DNA of 64,000 nucleotides, taken from positions 233,995,741-234,059,740 of the forward strand of contig CM041465.1 in assembly GCA_023213395.1 (NCBI GenBank). Direction: 5' to 3'. Under the pieces are notes generated by a model, which was given only the letters and a program-made list of their open reading frames with translations, was not told the origin of the DNA and did not search any database. Of this stretch, positions 1 to 11,827 are shown piece by piece. The position numbers were made by a program, and so were the translations under genes. Position 1 is the stretch's first letter; each line of letters opens with the position of its first letter. Origin of the DNA: Cycas panzhihuaensis (Eukaryota; Plantae; Cycadophyta).

Positions 1-1329
1 GCTTAAGAGGGTTATATGCCTCATGAGGGCTATCTTGGTTGTGAGGACTATGAGATACATGTCTATCCTCCTAAGGGCTCTCAGTAATTTGTATGAAATC
101 CCTATAGAGAAAGGTTATTTTAAATACCCTAAGCCACATTTGAGGAATCCATCCTTAGTAGCCTCTACTTCTATTTAGGAAGAGGTACATGTTGATCACA
201 TTGGCCATTTAGTTTCAAAGCCTTTACTCACTAGGATTCATTCTCTTATCCTCATCTTAAGATACTAAGATCCTTTCCATTAGAGCACACACATCATGAC
301 ATTATCCTTGTATCTTCTCCATGACTAACATTAAGAGAAACCTAATCCTCTTCCTTAGGAGCATTAACTCCCTCATGTTAATCATCCCCACATATATAAT
401 ATTCTACCTTCCCCTTATCCCTCTCATCCCTTTACCCAAAGCCACCTTCTATCCTACCTAATGAGATGGGAGACACTAGATCAATCCACTTCCAACCCTA
501 AGCACCATTTAACATTATGAAAGGAGGAGCCTAAGTTCATCCCATGCCCTTCATTTCATATGATATCCCATTTGAGAGTAGTGATTAGAAGCAACATTTT
601 ATCATAGTATATGTATACCAAGCATCCACGTCCAACTAATTCCCTCATCTGAGACCTATCATAGGGCTATCTCTCATGTATAGGTATAAGTTTCTTCACA
701 CTGCTTCACAGGTTCCATCTACTGGTTAACCCATCCCTTCTCATAGTGTCTCTCATCCTGGTAAGGGGATCCTCATCCCCTACCTCATCAAATCATAAGT
801 CATAGTGTGAGACCACCTCCTTTCTAGTCCCATAAAGGGCCTACACCATCTACTCCTCCATACTCCACGTATGATACTTATGTTGGAGTACAAAGGACCA
901 TTGGGGGCTCTCACACTCATGTTCCTCTTGATTAACACATACACCAATAGTAGATTTTGAGACTTGTCAAAGGGCCTATACCATCTTATGGTCCTAGACC
1001 TATTTACCTATAATAATCCAATCTATGACATACAATTCCCCCTCTCTAATATATTATTTCATCATAATAATATCCTATGCCTTAGATAAGAATGCATCTT
1101 AATCATGTTACATGGTTTACTCCTCTACATCCTCCACCTTCTCATCCACCATGCTATGAACATCCCCCATATGGAACTTCCACTCCTTACCAACAACCTC
1201 CTCCTCAAAACTCTTCCATGTTGATGTCAACTCCTCCTCAACACTCTTCCACATTGAGGACTAGAAGGCCTTTATGGACTACATGAGATTCTTTTTCCAC
1301 AAGAGGTTCTCCTTTCATACATACCTCCA

Positions 1330-2110
1330 TTTATCCTTGAATTACCTAAGTTATCTAGGGAACACTCACAAGATCCCACTAGGCATGTATAAGATTTTAC
1401 ACTTGCCTATGTTGACTTTCTCCTATATGACTATGTCATGATGGGATTATTTCCCAAATCACTTCAAGGTGATGCCTTGAAGTGGTTCTTTTATCTCCCA
1501 TCTACTTCCATTTTTACCTTTTAGCAGCTAGTTGATGCTTTTATCAACTACTTAGACATTGTCATACCATTCAAAACTAGCATTAAGTCCCTCCTATCTA
1601 TCAAGAAAAATAATGATGAATTGTCTCATAATCTTATAAGGTAATTCCAAGATTTAGTTCATGTTTATCACTCTCAACTTGATTTAGGACTCTTATTTGA
1701 CATTTTTATCAATGCTTTGAGACCTCATGTATACTTAGAGGTCCTAAAACTTGGTCCACAAACCTACAAGGAGGCCATTGATAAATGCTTAGCTCTCAAA
1801 GCTTTCAATATTCAAGTAGGAATTAAGAAGAAAGACAAGCCTACTCCAGTGAAAGACTTAAATTATAGGCCCAAACCTAGTCAAGGGGATTATACATATG
1901 ATCATGTTGCATCTTCCATTAGAGCCCTTGAGCATACTATCAACACCAAGTTACATGTTAAAAATCCTATTGTTTCTAAGTAAAAACAAGAAACCAAAGT
2001 CATTTGTTATACTAAAGGAAAGAAATGTCAAGATCCCCCTACTCCTTCAGTAAAGAAAGCTCCTTGATATTCTTATTACTAAACCAATACTCATGATCAA
2101 GATGAGTGTC
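1330..2110 (+). pseudogene. T1 gag (retrotransposon gag domain plus degenerate zinc knuckle)
   Basis: Manual translation: DPTRHV..FTLAYVD..MMGLFPKSLQGDALKWFFYLPSTSIFTF*QLVDAF; knuckle-like *YSYY*TNTHDQDEC near 2065-2110; multiple stops. Confidence 0.8.
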
Positions 2111-2739
2111 AGATTATTTAAGCCATGGATTGTAAGATTTAAACTCCTAATAATCCTATATCTGGGCCAAATTAAGACTAATTAATCCACAAATACCCTT
2201 TGCCTCATCATGATCTAACGAAAACTAAGGATAAGATTAAAGGAAATGCCAAATAAAATGATATAAGTGATAGTGAGAGTATGAGCTCTGAGTTAAATAA
2301 GAAATATATAACCTCACTCAAAGGAGGTGGAAAATGAGATAACGACTAAAATTGGCTACCTCCCAAAGGTGGTGACACTAAGAGAACAATTAATATGGTC
2401 AAGGTAACAAAGAACCTAGGCACGTTCAAATCCTTTGAAGATTTATTAACCAAAAATCCTAACTCCTTGTCTCTCATTCCACCTAAACCTATTTATTTTA
2501 GGTCTATTCATTTTACTATAAAATATGGATCTTTCTCTTTAGTTGATGAGTTGAAGTTTATTTCTATTGGGATCTTGGTCATGGACTTGTTAAATAGTTA
2601 TCTAGAGTAATATCAACTCTTACTTAATGACTTGGCGTCCCTACTCTCAACTCCCCAATAAGTCTTACTCTCTCTTTTGATCCTTTCATCTTACCTAGTG
2701 AAAATAAAAGAAACCCTAATGATATCCTCCATTCTACAT

Positions 2740-3090
2740 TGAGATTTGTATGAAGGCTATCAACATTGAATGTGTCATTATTTATGAAGATTCATCAATA
2801 AATATAATCCCTCTCCATCTAGTAGAAGATCTAGAGATTGTCGCCTATGAACCTTATGAGTGGATATGTTAAAGGTATAATAAGAACCAAAAATTACTAC
2901 TAGGGTAAGTCACTCTCCCTCTTACATTAGAAGGGGAAAAAATTATGGTTGATCTCACCATCATAAACCTAGACTCAAAATATAATATTCTCTTAGGAAG
3001 ACCTTGGATCAATCAAATGTTCATTGCTTATTCCTCACTCTTTAGGAAGCTTAAATTCATTCATGAGGGAGAGTTGAAGGTTGTCAAGTG
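2740..3090 (+). pseudogene. T1 aspartic protease
   Basis: VIIYEDSSINIIP (degenerate DxGSSIN) and YNILLGRPWINQM motifs. Confidence 0.8.
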
Positions 3091-4321
3091 AAAAAATATA
3101 CCTATTAAATAATTTATTCCATTTGTGGAAACCATCTTAGAAATAGGGATGCCCTTCAACTCCTCTAAATATTTCTTTTAATCTCTAGGCCTTAGGCAAT
3201 ACTTTGTTACTAAGTCTCTTTCAATGTTTAAATAAGAGGTTAAGGGTATTAACATTATTGATATTATTCCTTTAGGGAAAAGCTCTTCATCACGTCAACC
3301 ATGCATGGGAATGTTTCAAGCCACATTGGAACCTTTCCCAATTCCTACCCCTACAGAAGAGACTTTACCCCTCCACTCTACAAGTTATTTATCCAATAAT
3401 ACATAAATGGAACAAGACCTAATTCATCACACCCCTCCATCGTCACATTAGGCCAATGATGAAAATGGCATGTTATAAGACAATCCCCTTTTATCTCAAG
3501 AAATAAATTCATCAGGTTCATCCTTTAGCAAGCCAAATTTTATGCATATCCTTTACTTACATCATATGAAAGATACACTAAACATTGTTACACCTATTAT
3601 TGGCCCTTCCTGATAAACATGCTTACCTTGATCCACTTCATCCTTATCTAATGGGATATCTTGTCATAAGTCTCATTTTCAAATTGCTTAGTTTAATTAG
3701 CATAGTGAGAAGCTTCTCATGTATAGGAATCTAAACCTCTCACCTCTAAAAGGTAGGGAATCCCCTTCACATACCTCACCTAGATTGAACCCAACACATA
3801 GGAGAGAAATAAAAGAGATTAACATGATTATGACAATCTCTCTCCCAATAAAAGTGATTATTTAGGAGGATACTATACTATCACTCATGCATATATCCCC
3901 TCTCGTAAACCTTCCTCTAATTGATGAGTCTAGCTTTCATCAGATTATACAATCAAATTGAGAATTCTCCACTCAATTTAGTCCATCCTCTCAAATCCCC
4001 GCAATTATAGATATCTTTCTAAATCAAGACCATGTCCTTCCTATAAAGACAACTTCCCTATAATTGCCTCATCATTCTCATTCTTAGCTTGAAGGCTCTA
4101 TCTTTAAAGATCTCCTTCATCTTGATCATTTCAAGAATGTTGAATTGATTCTAGAGCATTTAGTTAGAGCCTCACTTAATATCCTTCCCAATCATCACAA
4201 GCTTGGATTTAATAAGTACTTGCACCTTGATTTATCTTTTGCTAATTTAGATCAACCTTTACAAGATCCTCTATCTTTTTCAAGTCATACTTCTCCTCAC
4301 TTCAAGGAGGGGAATACCATG

Positions 4322-4620
4322 CTTGATGGCAAGAAAATAGATGAAACATACTTGACAAGACTACAAAATAATCTTACTTCTAAGACTAGAGCTCAAGCAA
4401 CTTATGATAAGTAGTTAAGACCTTGTGAGTTTTGTGTTGGTGAGAAGGTACTCAAGCTTGAGTATCTTCATGATAAACAACAAAAGTTTTCCCCAAATGG
4501 GCAAGACCTTATCCTATCATTGAAGACCTCAAGAATGGTGCATATCACATCTCTAACCTTGATGGCCTTGAAATTAAAAAGCCAATCAATTCATAGTTTT
4601 TGTGAATGTTCTATGACTAA
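4322..4620 (+). pseudogene. T1 integrase C-terminal (GPY/F-type) remnant
   Basis: IDETYLTRLQNNLTSKTRAQATYDK*LRPCEFCVGEKVLKLEYLHDKQQKFSPN aligns with the G integrase tail LDKICLTAYQANLTSKAKAQKTHDKHLRP..GNQVLKLEYLYDYLSKFNPKWLGPF. Confidence 0.8.
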
Positions 4621-4639
4621 AAGTAGAGCACTCATAACT

Positions 4640-4890
4640 CTCTAATGAGTATAAACTATGGCTTTGAGAAACCCACCTACTGAAGAGCCTAAACTATGGT
4701 AGTAATCCTTATCTTATGATATGGAAAAAACTTTACAGTGAATATAAACTATGGCTCTGAGAATCTCATCTACTAAAGAGCCTAAACTATGGTAGTCTCC
4801 TCCATCTAGTAAGATGGATCCCCTACCTCTACAACAAGTATAAACTATGGCTTCAAAACCCTTGCCTTCTAATAAGTCTAAACTATGGTT
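4640..4890 (+). repeat. Array of paired TAAACTATGG motifs (3 units of about 93-96 bp)
   Basis: Exact motif at 4652, 4690, 4745, 4783, 4841 and 4879; each pair is 38 bp apart. Confidence 0.95.
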
Positions 4891-5709
4891 GGATTGTCTA
4901 TTTCTTATTAAGACTTGTATTTCCCCATGCCCTATTATGACTCTCAATAACTGTGTAAGACTGTTACTATATTATATTGTATAGGCATCAATTATTGACC
5001 ATGTATACATGGGTCTAAGTTAATACAATTGGGATGATCTCATTTGGTTCATGACACTTTATCTTCCATCTTTTCCTCTTAGGTTATGTACATGGGAATG
5101 TGGGGTCCTCATTCCTTCTTAAGGCATGAGGATAAGAAAAACTCTAAAATAAACATGGTGTTGATTCAAAACTTAGCATACTTAAGAAAAGGAAATGATA
5201 CCTAGAAAGATAGACCCTGATGAGAATCTAGGGCCAAGGAGGGATTTAGTAGGTTATTGGCTCCATATAAACCACTACCTAGAATTAGCCAAGGTGTGTC
5301 TTAGAGATTTATCATTTGTCAATCAGGTTTTTGAATTTGTTTTAAAGGTGGCTAGTTTTCTTGCACAAAGTGTTATATGAACATTAGTCAGTTAGACCTC
5401 CTTAACATTGATAGATATTCCTACAACTGCTCTTAGGTGTGTCTCATTAAACTTTATTTTACTTCTTCTAATCAAAGGTAAGATATAACTTGGTTGCTAT
5501 TCCTAACAAATCAATGTTCCTTTTTTTTGGTAGCTTTTGATACTAGATAAACGAACCAACCTCGGCTTATTGGGGATGGTCCTTGCACAATCTTTCATAG
5601 TTTCTCTTTCTCAAACTAAGGAACACCAAGCTTGAATCACCCTTATATTCCATTCTCTTGAGATTTCCTTGCCCCTTTAAAGAAATAACCATAACATAAA
5701 ACATCCCTC

Positions 5710-5770
5710 TATAATAAGGCTAAAACTATGGCTCTAAAAGCCACACCATCTAATGAGCCTAAATTATAGT
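5710..5770 (+). repeat. Fourth, degenerate motif pair
   Basis: aaaactatgg at 5722 and taaattatag at 5760, again 38 bp apart with gagcc before the second copy. Confidence 0.85.
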
Positions 5771-6613
5771 TAATCCTTCATTCTCTCTCTCTTTTCAAAC
5801 ATCACTTTAGCATAGAAGTATCAGTCCTCCTTTATTGCCATTACTCCTTGATCAAGCTTAATGCTTTCTTGCATGTGAATCATTACCAACAACCATGTAA
5901 GGCTATTGTCCTGCTGCTAGACATAGGCATTATTTATTAGGTACATGCATTCACTTCACTCACTTTAACTAAAGCAATGTTACTCTTCCCTCCCAAGTTT
6001 TGTACTTAGGAGGGAAGGGGGATCCCTAACTTTAATTATCAATATAATAGTAAGGTATAAGTTTAGACAATTAGTTACTTCTATTATGTGAGATACCTTA
6101 TTCCTTTTTAGACTTTCACCCATGGTTTTTGGATCTTGAACTACTTCTTTCTCTTACGATCATATAAGTGTGCTTGGTAGATTTATAGATCTTTCACTTC
6201 CACTTGTTTGGCCTTTTTACTATGGTTCCCAATACCTTTTTACTATTTCTCTTAAAGTTTGTTACACATTCTACCACTACCCCTTCACACTCAAAGAAAC
6301 TTTGGTCTAAAGATCCTTTTAACTCTCTTAGTTTAACCTCTAATAATTTAGGCTCATGTTATCATCTTCTTAGTTTCATTAAAAAGGTCATCCTTGATAT
6401 AGTTTAAGAGGTATCAATGTTTCATGATCAGGTCAATCATCAATTACCTAAGATCATTTTTTCTCCCTCTTCATCATATCTCAATGAAAATTGTATAATG
6501 ATCATAGTCAAAGTGATGAATACCTATCTTCTAGAAAGTGGGTTTAGTAATACATAGTTTACTATGACTGTCATCTAAACTATTGTATAGAATGACCTAG
6601 ATAGTAGTGGAAG

Positions 6614-6620
6614 TATAAAA
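6614..6620 (+). promoter_or_regulatory. Candidate TATA box of the T1 aRH module
   Basis: gTATAAAAgaaagaaaacacccaaaaa matches cTATAAAAagaaaagaacccaaaaa upstream of the G aRH (minus strand, about 51067). Confidence 0.45.
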
Positions 6621-6699
6621 GAAAGAAAACACCCAAAAAAAAAAGTAAAATGAAGAACAATTAGGTTAAGAAAGAAAAGAATCCTTTTATGTTTTCCAC

Positions 6700-7430
6700 C
6701 ATCTTATTATCTATAGAAAGTCATGTGACAACTTTAATTCCACCCACATTATTGCAGTTCGGGTTCATTGGGGTGTATGATTTAAGACCTTCAAATCTAA
6801 TTGCATAGGCTCACCATGGTATCAATTGTGATCAAAACTTATTTGACATCTAATAGTCTTTTACATTTATTTGTGTTTAGGGAGGTATCCTCATTATGAG
6901 GAAACCTAATCATGATCCTATTTCCTCTCATCTTATAGTTGAAACCAAGTCTCTTATATAAAAACCACTTCCTTGTAGGTTGATTCCTATAACATCCCTA
7001 CATATATCATTTTGTCTCTAAGTTTAATCCTCTTTTATTAGGGCACTGAGCATATATACTGATGGAGGTTGTCAATGTAGCTCAAGGCCATCTGATATTG
7101 CATGGGTAGTTTGTGATCAAATAGGTAATATGTTAACTTTTTCTAGCATGTTCCTACCTCAAGCAACCAACAATGAAGTCGAGTACATCACTATCATAGG
7201 AGCCCTAATAAATATCTTGTAATTTCATGATGGTCCTATTGATCTTTTTATTAATTCCTAAATTGTGGTCCTTCAACTTATTAGTGCCTACCATGTTCAT
7301 TCACCTCGATTATGCTCCCTTCATGCTCAAGTTTTATCATTGTTATCCCGCTTCCCATTGATTACCATTTAACATATCTCTCATAGTCAAAATATCAAAG
7401 CTGACTCTCTACTCTCTTATATGTTTTAGT
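6700..7430 (+). pseudogene. Archaeal-type RNase H (aRH; core 7046-7430) with N-terminal extension
   Basis: IYTDGGCQCSSRPSDIAWVV..ATNNEVEY..FINS*IVVLQL..HISHSQNIKADSL. The upstream 6700-7045 is homologous to G 50970-50620. Confidence 0.88.
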
Positions 7431-7469
7431 ATCATAACTCATAGCCTCATCCTTTTGAGCTAGAGGCAT

Positions 7470-7550
7470 CACTCTATAATGAGAATAAACTAACTAAACA
7501 CTCTATAATGAGTATAAACTAACTAAACATTATGTAATGAGTATAAACTA
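7470..7550 (+). repeat. 29-bp tandem repeat (about 2.8 copies) containing the GAGTATAAACTA motif
   Basis: cactctataatgag(a/t)ataaactaactaaa at 7470 and 7499, partial diverged copy at 7528. Confidence 0.92.
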
Positions 7551-7819
7551 AAATTTAAATACTATTATAAGAAAATGCAAAAAAAAAAAAAAAAAATTAT
7601 AGATATATTCAAAACACAAAGAAAAGCATGCACATGAATTCAACACTACACATGTTTACTCATCATCAAGAGGAATAAGGGGGAAGGAAGGTTAGAGAAA
7701 ATCATGTTCTACATAATTAATGATAAAAATGATGGTACAATGTATATATAAATATGAAATACCATATAGTACATGTGTCATCATAAGTATAAAATCATGG
7801 TCTTATAACTTCCATGGGC

Positions 7820-9615
7820 ATGTACACATGCTCATAGGTGAGCTCTTATAGTCACATCCCTATCCCTATTGAGTAGACTCATGCCCATCCCCTCTCAAGT
7901 TTATTCCCATATACATGATCACCCCTATGATGGTTTTCAAGAGCTGGCGTATACTCTCCTTGAATGGCGATTAAGGGTGTGAGTCCTCTCTCTCATATGA
8001 GGGCCATGCCTAGCCTGTTATATGCTCTGACTACCTAACAGAGTCATACATCCACCTACCTATAGGATATTCATCCTATGTAGATATGACCTCTCATCCT
8101 CAGTGGCATTTAGCTCTACCTCTCTTATCTCCAACTTCCCCACCAACTCCCATGTCTTGAGCTTAAATGGTGCATATAAAATACTATGTAAGAGGGCCCA
8201 ATAATTTTGGATCCCTCTTGTTGCCAAATGGGAGACTCTCGAGGGTCCTCCTCACCACTAAGAGATTGATCATCCCCTCACCTATCATATAAACATATAA
8301 TGATTAGTCATTTTTATCAAAACTATTTATCAAAAGAAGATAGTAGTATAAGCTAAATTAATAATGTCTGAACAAAAGTAATAGATACATGTTGGAGGTG
8401 GTACTACCATGATAATTATTAGCTTAGGAATCTCTACTACTCCCTCCTCATTTATTTCTATCTTTGGAGCTCCCTTCGAGCCTAACTCCATGCCATCAAT
8501 AGGGGAGTCACCTCTTGCTACTATTATTGGTTGCTTTATCTAACTAACATCCTTCCCATCCTCTATCCTATTAATATCTCCTCCCTACTCAGTAGTTGAC
8601 TTTCCCTCTCCTCTATCATCATACTCTCAGTCTAACAGGAACCTCATTATATGTTAGATTAACCATCTCCTCCATGGCCACCTCATTTTTCCATATGACC
8701 TCCTACTCCCCCTCCTTTACCCTTATGTGGAGGTGGTAACCCCCTGCTATAGCTCTCTCTACAACATTAGTCTCCTTATCTGACCATGTTAGCATCCTAT
8801 CATATAGGTTAGGAACTAGTTGGTTCCTTGTCATCCTGCTAAGTAGAGGGCTGTGTGCACTCCTCACTATAACTACCTATTTGTCATGGATCTGAGATCA
8901 CATATTCTATCTATTTATCATAGTGTCCATAATGCTCAAGTCCCCCCTGGCTATCCTTCTAGTTTTATCAAAGGGATATGGTTGTATAGTCAACATATTA
9001 GGATCAAGCTATATGAGAATCCTTCTCATCCCTACCTAGAAATGTGTGATAACTATTGGGCCATGCTATTGACAATAAATTTATTCCAATCTATCTAAGC
9101 CCTACCTCACATCATTGAATGGTGCTCACCCATTGAGTTACCACACTCATGTAAGTATGTATCTAGGTGGCTCAGAATACAATAATATAAGCTAAGACTT
9201 TTCTAAGTGCTAAAATTCCCTCTACCTCCCTCATTACCTTAAGGGAGATGCCATGAACTCCAAAATAGTCAACTGACCTAGTTAAGTAAGTGTTCTAGGC
9301 TTGTTGAGCCTCCTCATCCACTACACAACTCTATCATATCTCTATGCCTTTCCAGCTCACTCCCAAGATCCTTCCAATATATTTAGTGGTGATCTTAATA
9401 TCCCCTATCCCACATACTCAGAATACTCTCTCCCTAGGGACCCATAACTTCACAAAATCATTTATAACCTCATACTCCATCACTAGTTGGATGGAGCGAT
9501 TAGCCCTTATTAGCCCACATTGCTATAAAAGTTGCTACTTATTAACTATCAACACCTCGAGCAATGGTTTGATAACCCATCCTTCATTCTCTTGTGTCTC
9601 AATCCTGTAGATGGG
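7820..9615 (-). pseudogene. Antisense plant-mobile-domain (PMD)-like gene of T1; intron 8282-8388
   Basis: Minus translation QCGLIRANR..INDFVKLWVPRERVF*VCGIGDIKITTKYIGRILGV and IDWNKFIVNSM..FSYSLILIC*LYNHIP resemble the PMD W..TF...GE.TIT..DV..ILG and W..EH.P motifs; acidic tail; the 3' end is approximate. Confidence 0.7.
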
Positions 9616-10125
9616 CTATCAAATAAAAACTATAACTTTAAGATAGTTTCAAGCTCTGAAATCCTAAATTAAGAAAAGTACTTAACGTTTCTATTTTCTT
9701 TAATTTATATAAAAAATATAGTAGTAAGCCCAAAAATGCAATAAGCTAACCAAAAATATAATAAGCTAGCCAAAAACACAATAAACTAACCAAAAATGTA
9801 CTCCACCAAACTCGTTATTTGGAATATTATATTTTTTACTAATTCTTTATATTTTTTTATGAATAACTCATGTTTTTGGTGAATTCTTTTATGTTTTTGA
9901 AGAAAAATTATAGAAAATTGAAATACTTTCAATTAATAACTTACTAGATATCATGCCTCTCACTATATCCTCACTTATTTGATCTGATATTATCCTCTGA
10001 TCATTAAAATAGCTCTTGAAATTATTGCAATATTGATCTCAAAGATGAAAAACATCTCTTAATCTTAACTCTTACACATGAAAACAAATTGAAAAGGGAC
10101 CCATTTTTCCTTATAAAAATGGCCT
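9616..10125 (-). promoter_or_regulatory. Candidate TATA (about 10115), first exon and first intron (9944-9616) of the T1 antisense gene
   Basis: Minus strand: ggccatttttataagg..cccttttcaatttgttttcat, GTAAGT donor at 9944, T-rich intron, tttgatAG acceptor at 9616. G has the same layout. Confidence 0.55.
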
Positions 10126-10453
10126 CTCTCACATGATAATTAGGTCTTCCAATTGTCTTCTTTGAGAAGTTTCAATATAGGTGCAATGTAACTTGTAAAT
10201 TTGGATTTCTCCGAAGGATTTTGATCATAAATTTTTCTCACCCTTTTTGCCTTCCATTAATAAGGCCATCATGTTGAGATAAATTAGAAATTTGACCTAG
10301 AGATGGACTGCTTATAACCTATTCATGGTTATACTCCATGGGATTAATTTCTCACCTACATTTCAAATTCCATATCTCTTTTGACCTCTAAGCCTCCTTG
10401 AAATTCAAGACCCTCTAAAATCTTATAGTCTTACTCACTCGAGATATGGGATG

Positions 10454-10565
10454 GTCACTATTGAGGTAAAACTATGGTGATCACCCCTTTAAGGCATTAC
10501 TAATGAGGTTAAACTATGACAACCAAACCTCCAAAAATAGGTGTTAAAAAGGCTAAACTATGGCA
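10454..10565 (+). repeat. Three AAACTATG motif copies at the end of the T1 internal region
   Basis: Copies at 10468, 10510 and 10554. gtcactattgaggtaaaactatggtga matches G minus-strand copies at 49635 and 50107. Confidence 0.88.
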
Positions 10566-11445
10566 ACCACCCCCTCTTAAAACCCCATCAACATGATGGG
10601 CAATCTAGTATTAGGTTAAAGTTTGAATGTGACAATGTAAATTGCTTTCTCGAGCCACCCTTATTCTATTCTAATGGAATGTCCTTCATCACATTCATAT
10701 CCTACATACTCATCATCTAATCTAGCCTTTGTTTTAGCTTAGGAAACGAGCCCAAGCCATCCCAAATTTGAACCTCACTCTAGTCCTAAAAGCCAAATTA
10801 CCATCTTTCACCATCTTGCTCTTTATCATTATTAAGAGCTTCTAATGGTAAGTGTGCAAATGTTTCACCATAACTAGCCCTTTTAGTATAATTAGGCTCA
10901 TGTCTTCATTTGTTTTCTAAAATTTCTTATTAGTTATAGTGTTTTATATTCATACAAGATATCAATTGGTTAATATCTTAGTTATGAATTTCTTTTGGTT
11001 GATCATTTCTTAGTCTAGTCTTTAGTTTGGATATGTATGCACACTCATCATTTGATTTTAAGTTGATGGATTACCAATTAGATGATTAAATGGATGTGAT
11101 TATGATGATCTTTTTTTGTTGATGACTAATACTATGATGTGATTTAAAGCTCTTATCTAGCATAGTTTGTACATTGCTCCAAATTTCCTCTTTTTAACCA
11201 ACTTTTTATTCAATACTATAAAATGCTTTGATCAACTATTGCCTTGTTTCTAGTATTTTTTGGCATCTACCTATAGTGATCTACTTTTTATTGAAGTCTT
11301 TACTGACTTTGGAGGCCCCAACAAGTTGTTTTTTATGAAAATTACCTTTTATTTCTATTTTTCTAGTATTTCTAACTTGTCATATTTTTGGCAACACAAA
11401 AAATATGACTTTATAAATAAAATGTAATAATTATGTTATTATTTA

Positions 11446-11827
11446 TGTTAAAATAATGTTTTATATTAATGTTATGTAATGTTATCTTTATAAAAAATAT
11501 ATATATTTAATTAAAATTTTAGTGAATGGACCATTGTCCATCTAATAAACTTTACATTATCATTATCATTAAAATTATACAAGGATCTTCTTGCATTGGG
11601 TTGGCTTGGATAAGTAGGATAGGCTAGATGGGCTAATTAATAAAGAGAGAGAGGATGAGATCCTTCCTATAATATGCATTATGATATATCTATAAAATAC
11701 ATATTTTTCAAGGTGGTTTTTCTTTCCCTATAGGGGTTTTCCACTATCTAATCTCTTGTGTATATCTATATGATTAATTTGTGCACGATTCATGTATAAT
11801 ATTTCTTGTATACTCCTCTCTCCAACA
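11446..11827 (+). repeat. Copia A 5' LTR
   Basis: tgttaaaataatg..tccaaca, followed directly by the PBS. Confidence 0.95.

Larger units (their letters stand above)
1..10600 (+). mobile_element. Tat-type Ty3/Gypsy element T1, internal region; RT-RH-INT core deleted, 5' end outside window
   Basis: Order is gag, protease, spacer, integrase C-terminus, then a long 3' region with aRH and an antisense ORF. The integrase tail and 3' modules are homologous to element G. Confidence 0.8.

Noticed and set aside
4640-4890. CRISPR-like array
   Set aside because: The repeat is only about 10-15 bp, the spacers are homologous to each other, there are no cas genes, and the context is a plant retrotransposon.
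6100-6220. LINE ORF1 (DUF4283)-like HPWF..F..L.L
   Set aside because: Needs frameshifts to fit, and there are no other LINE features.
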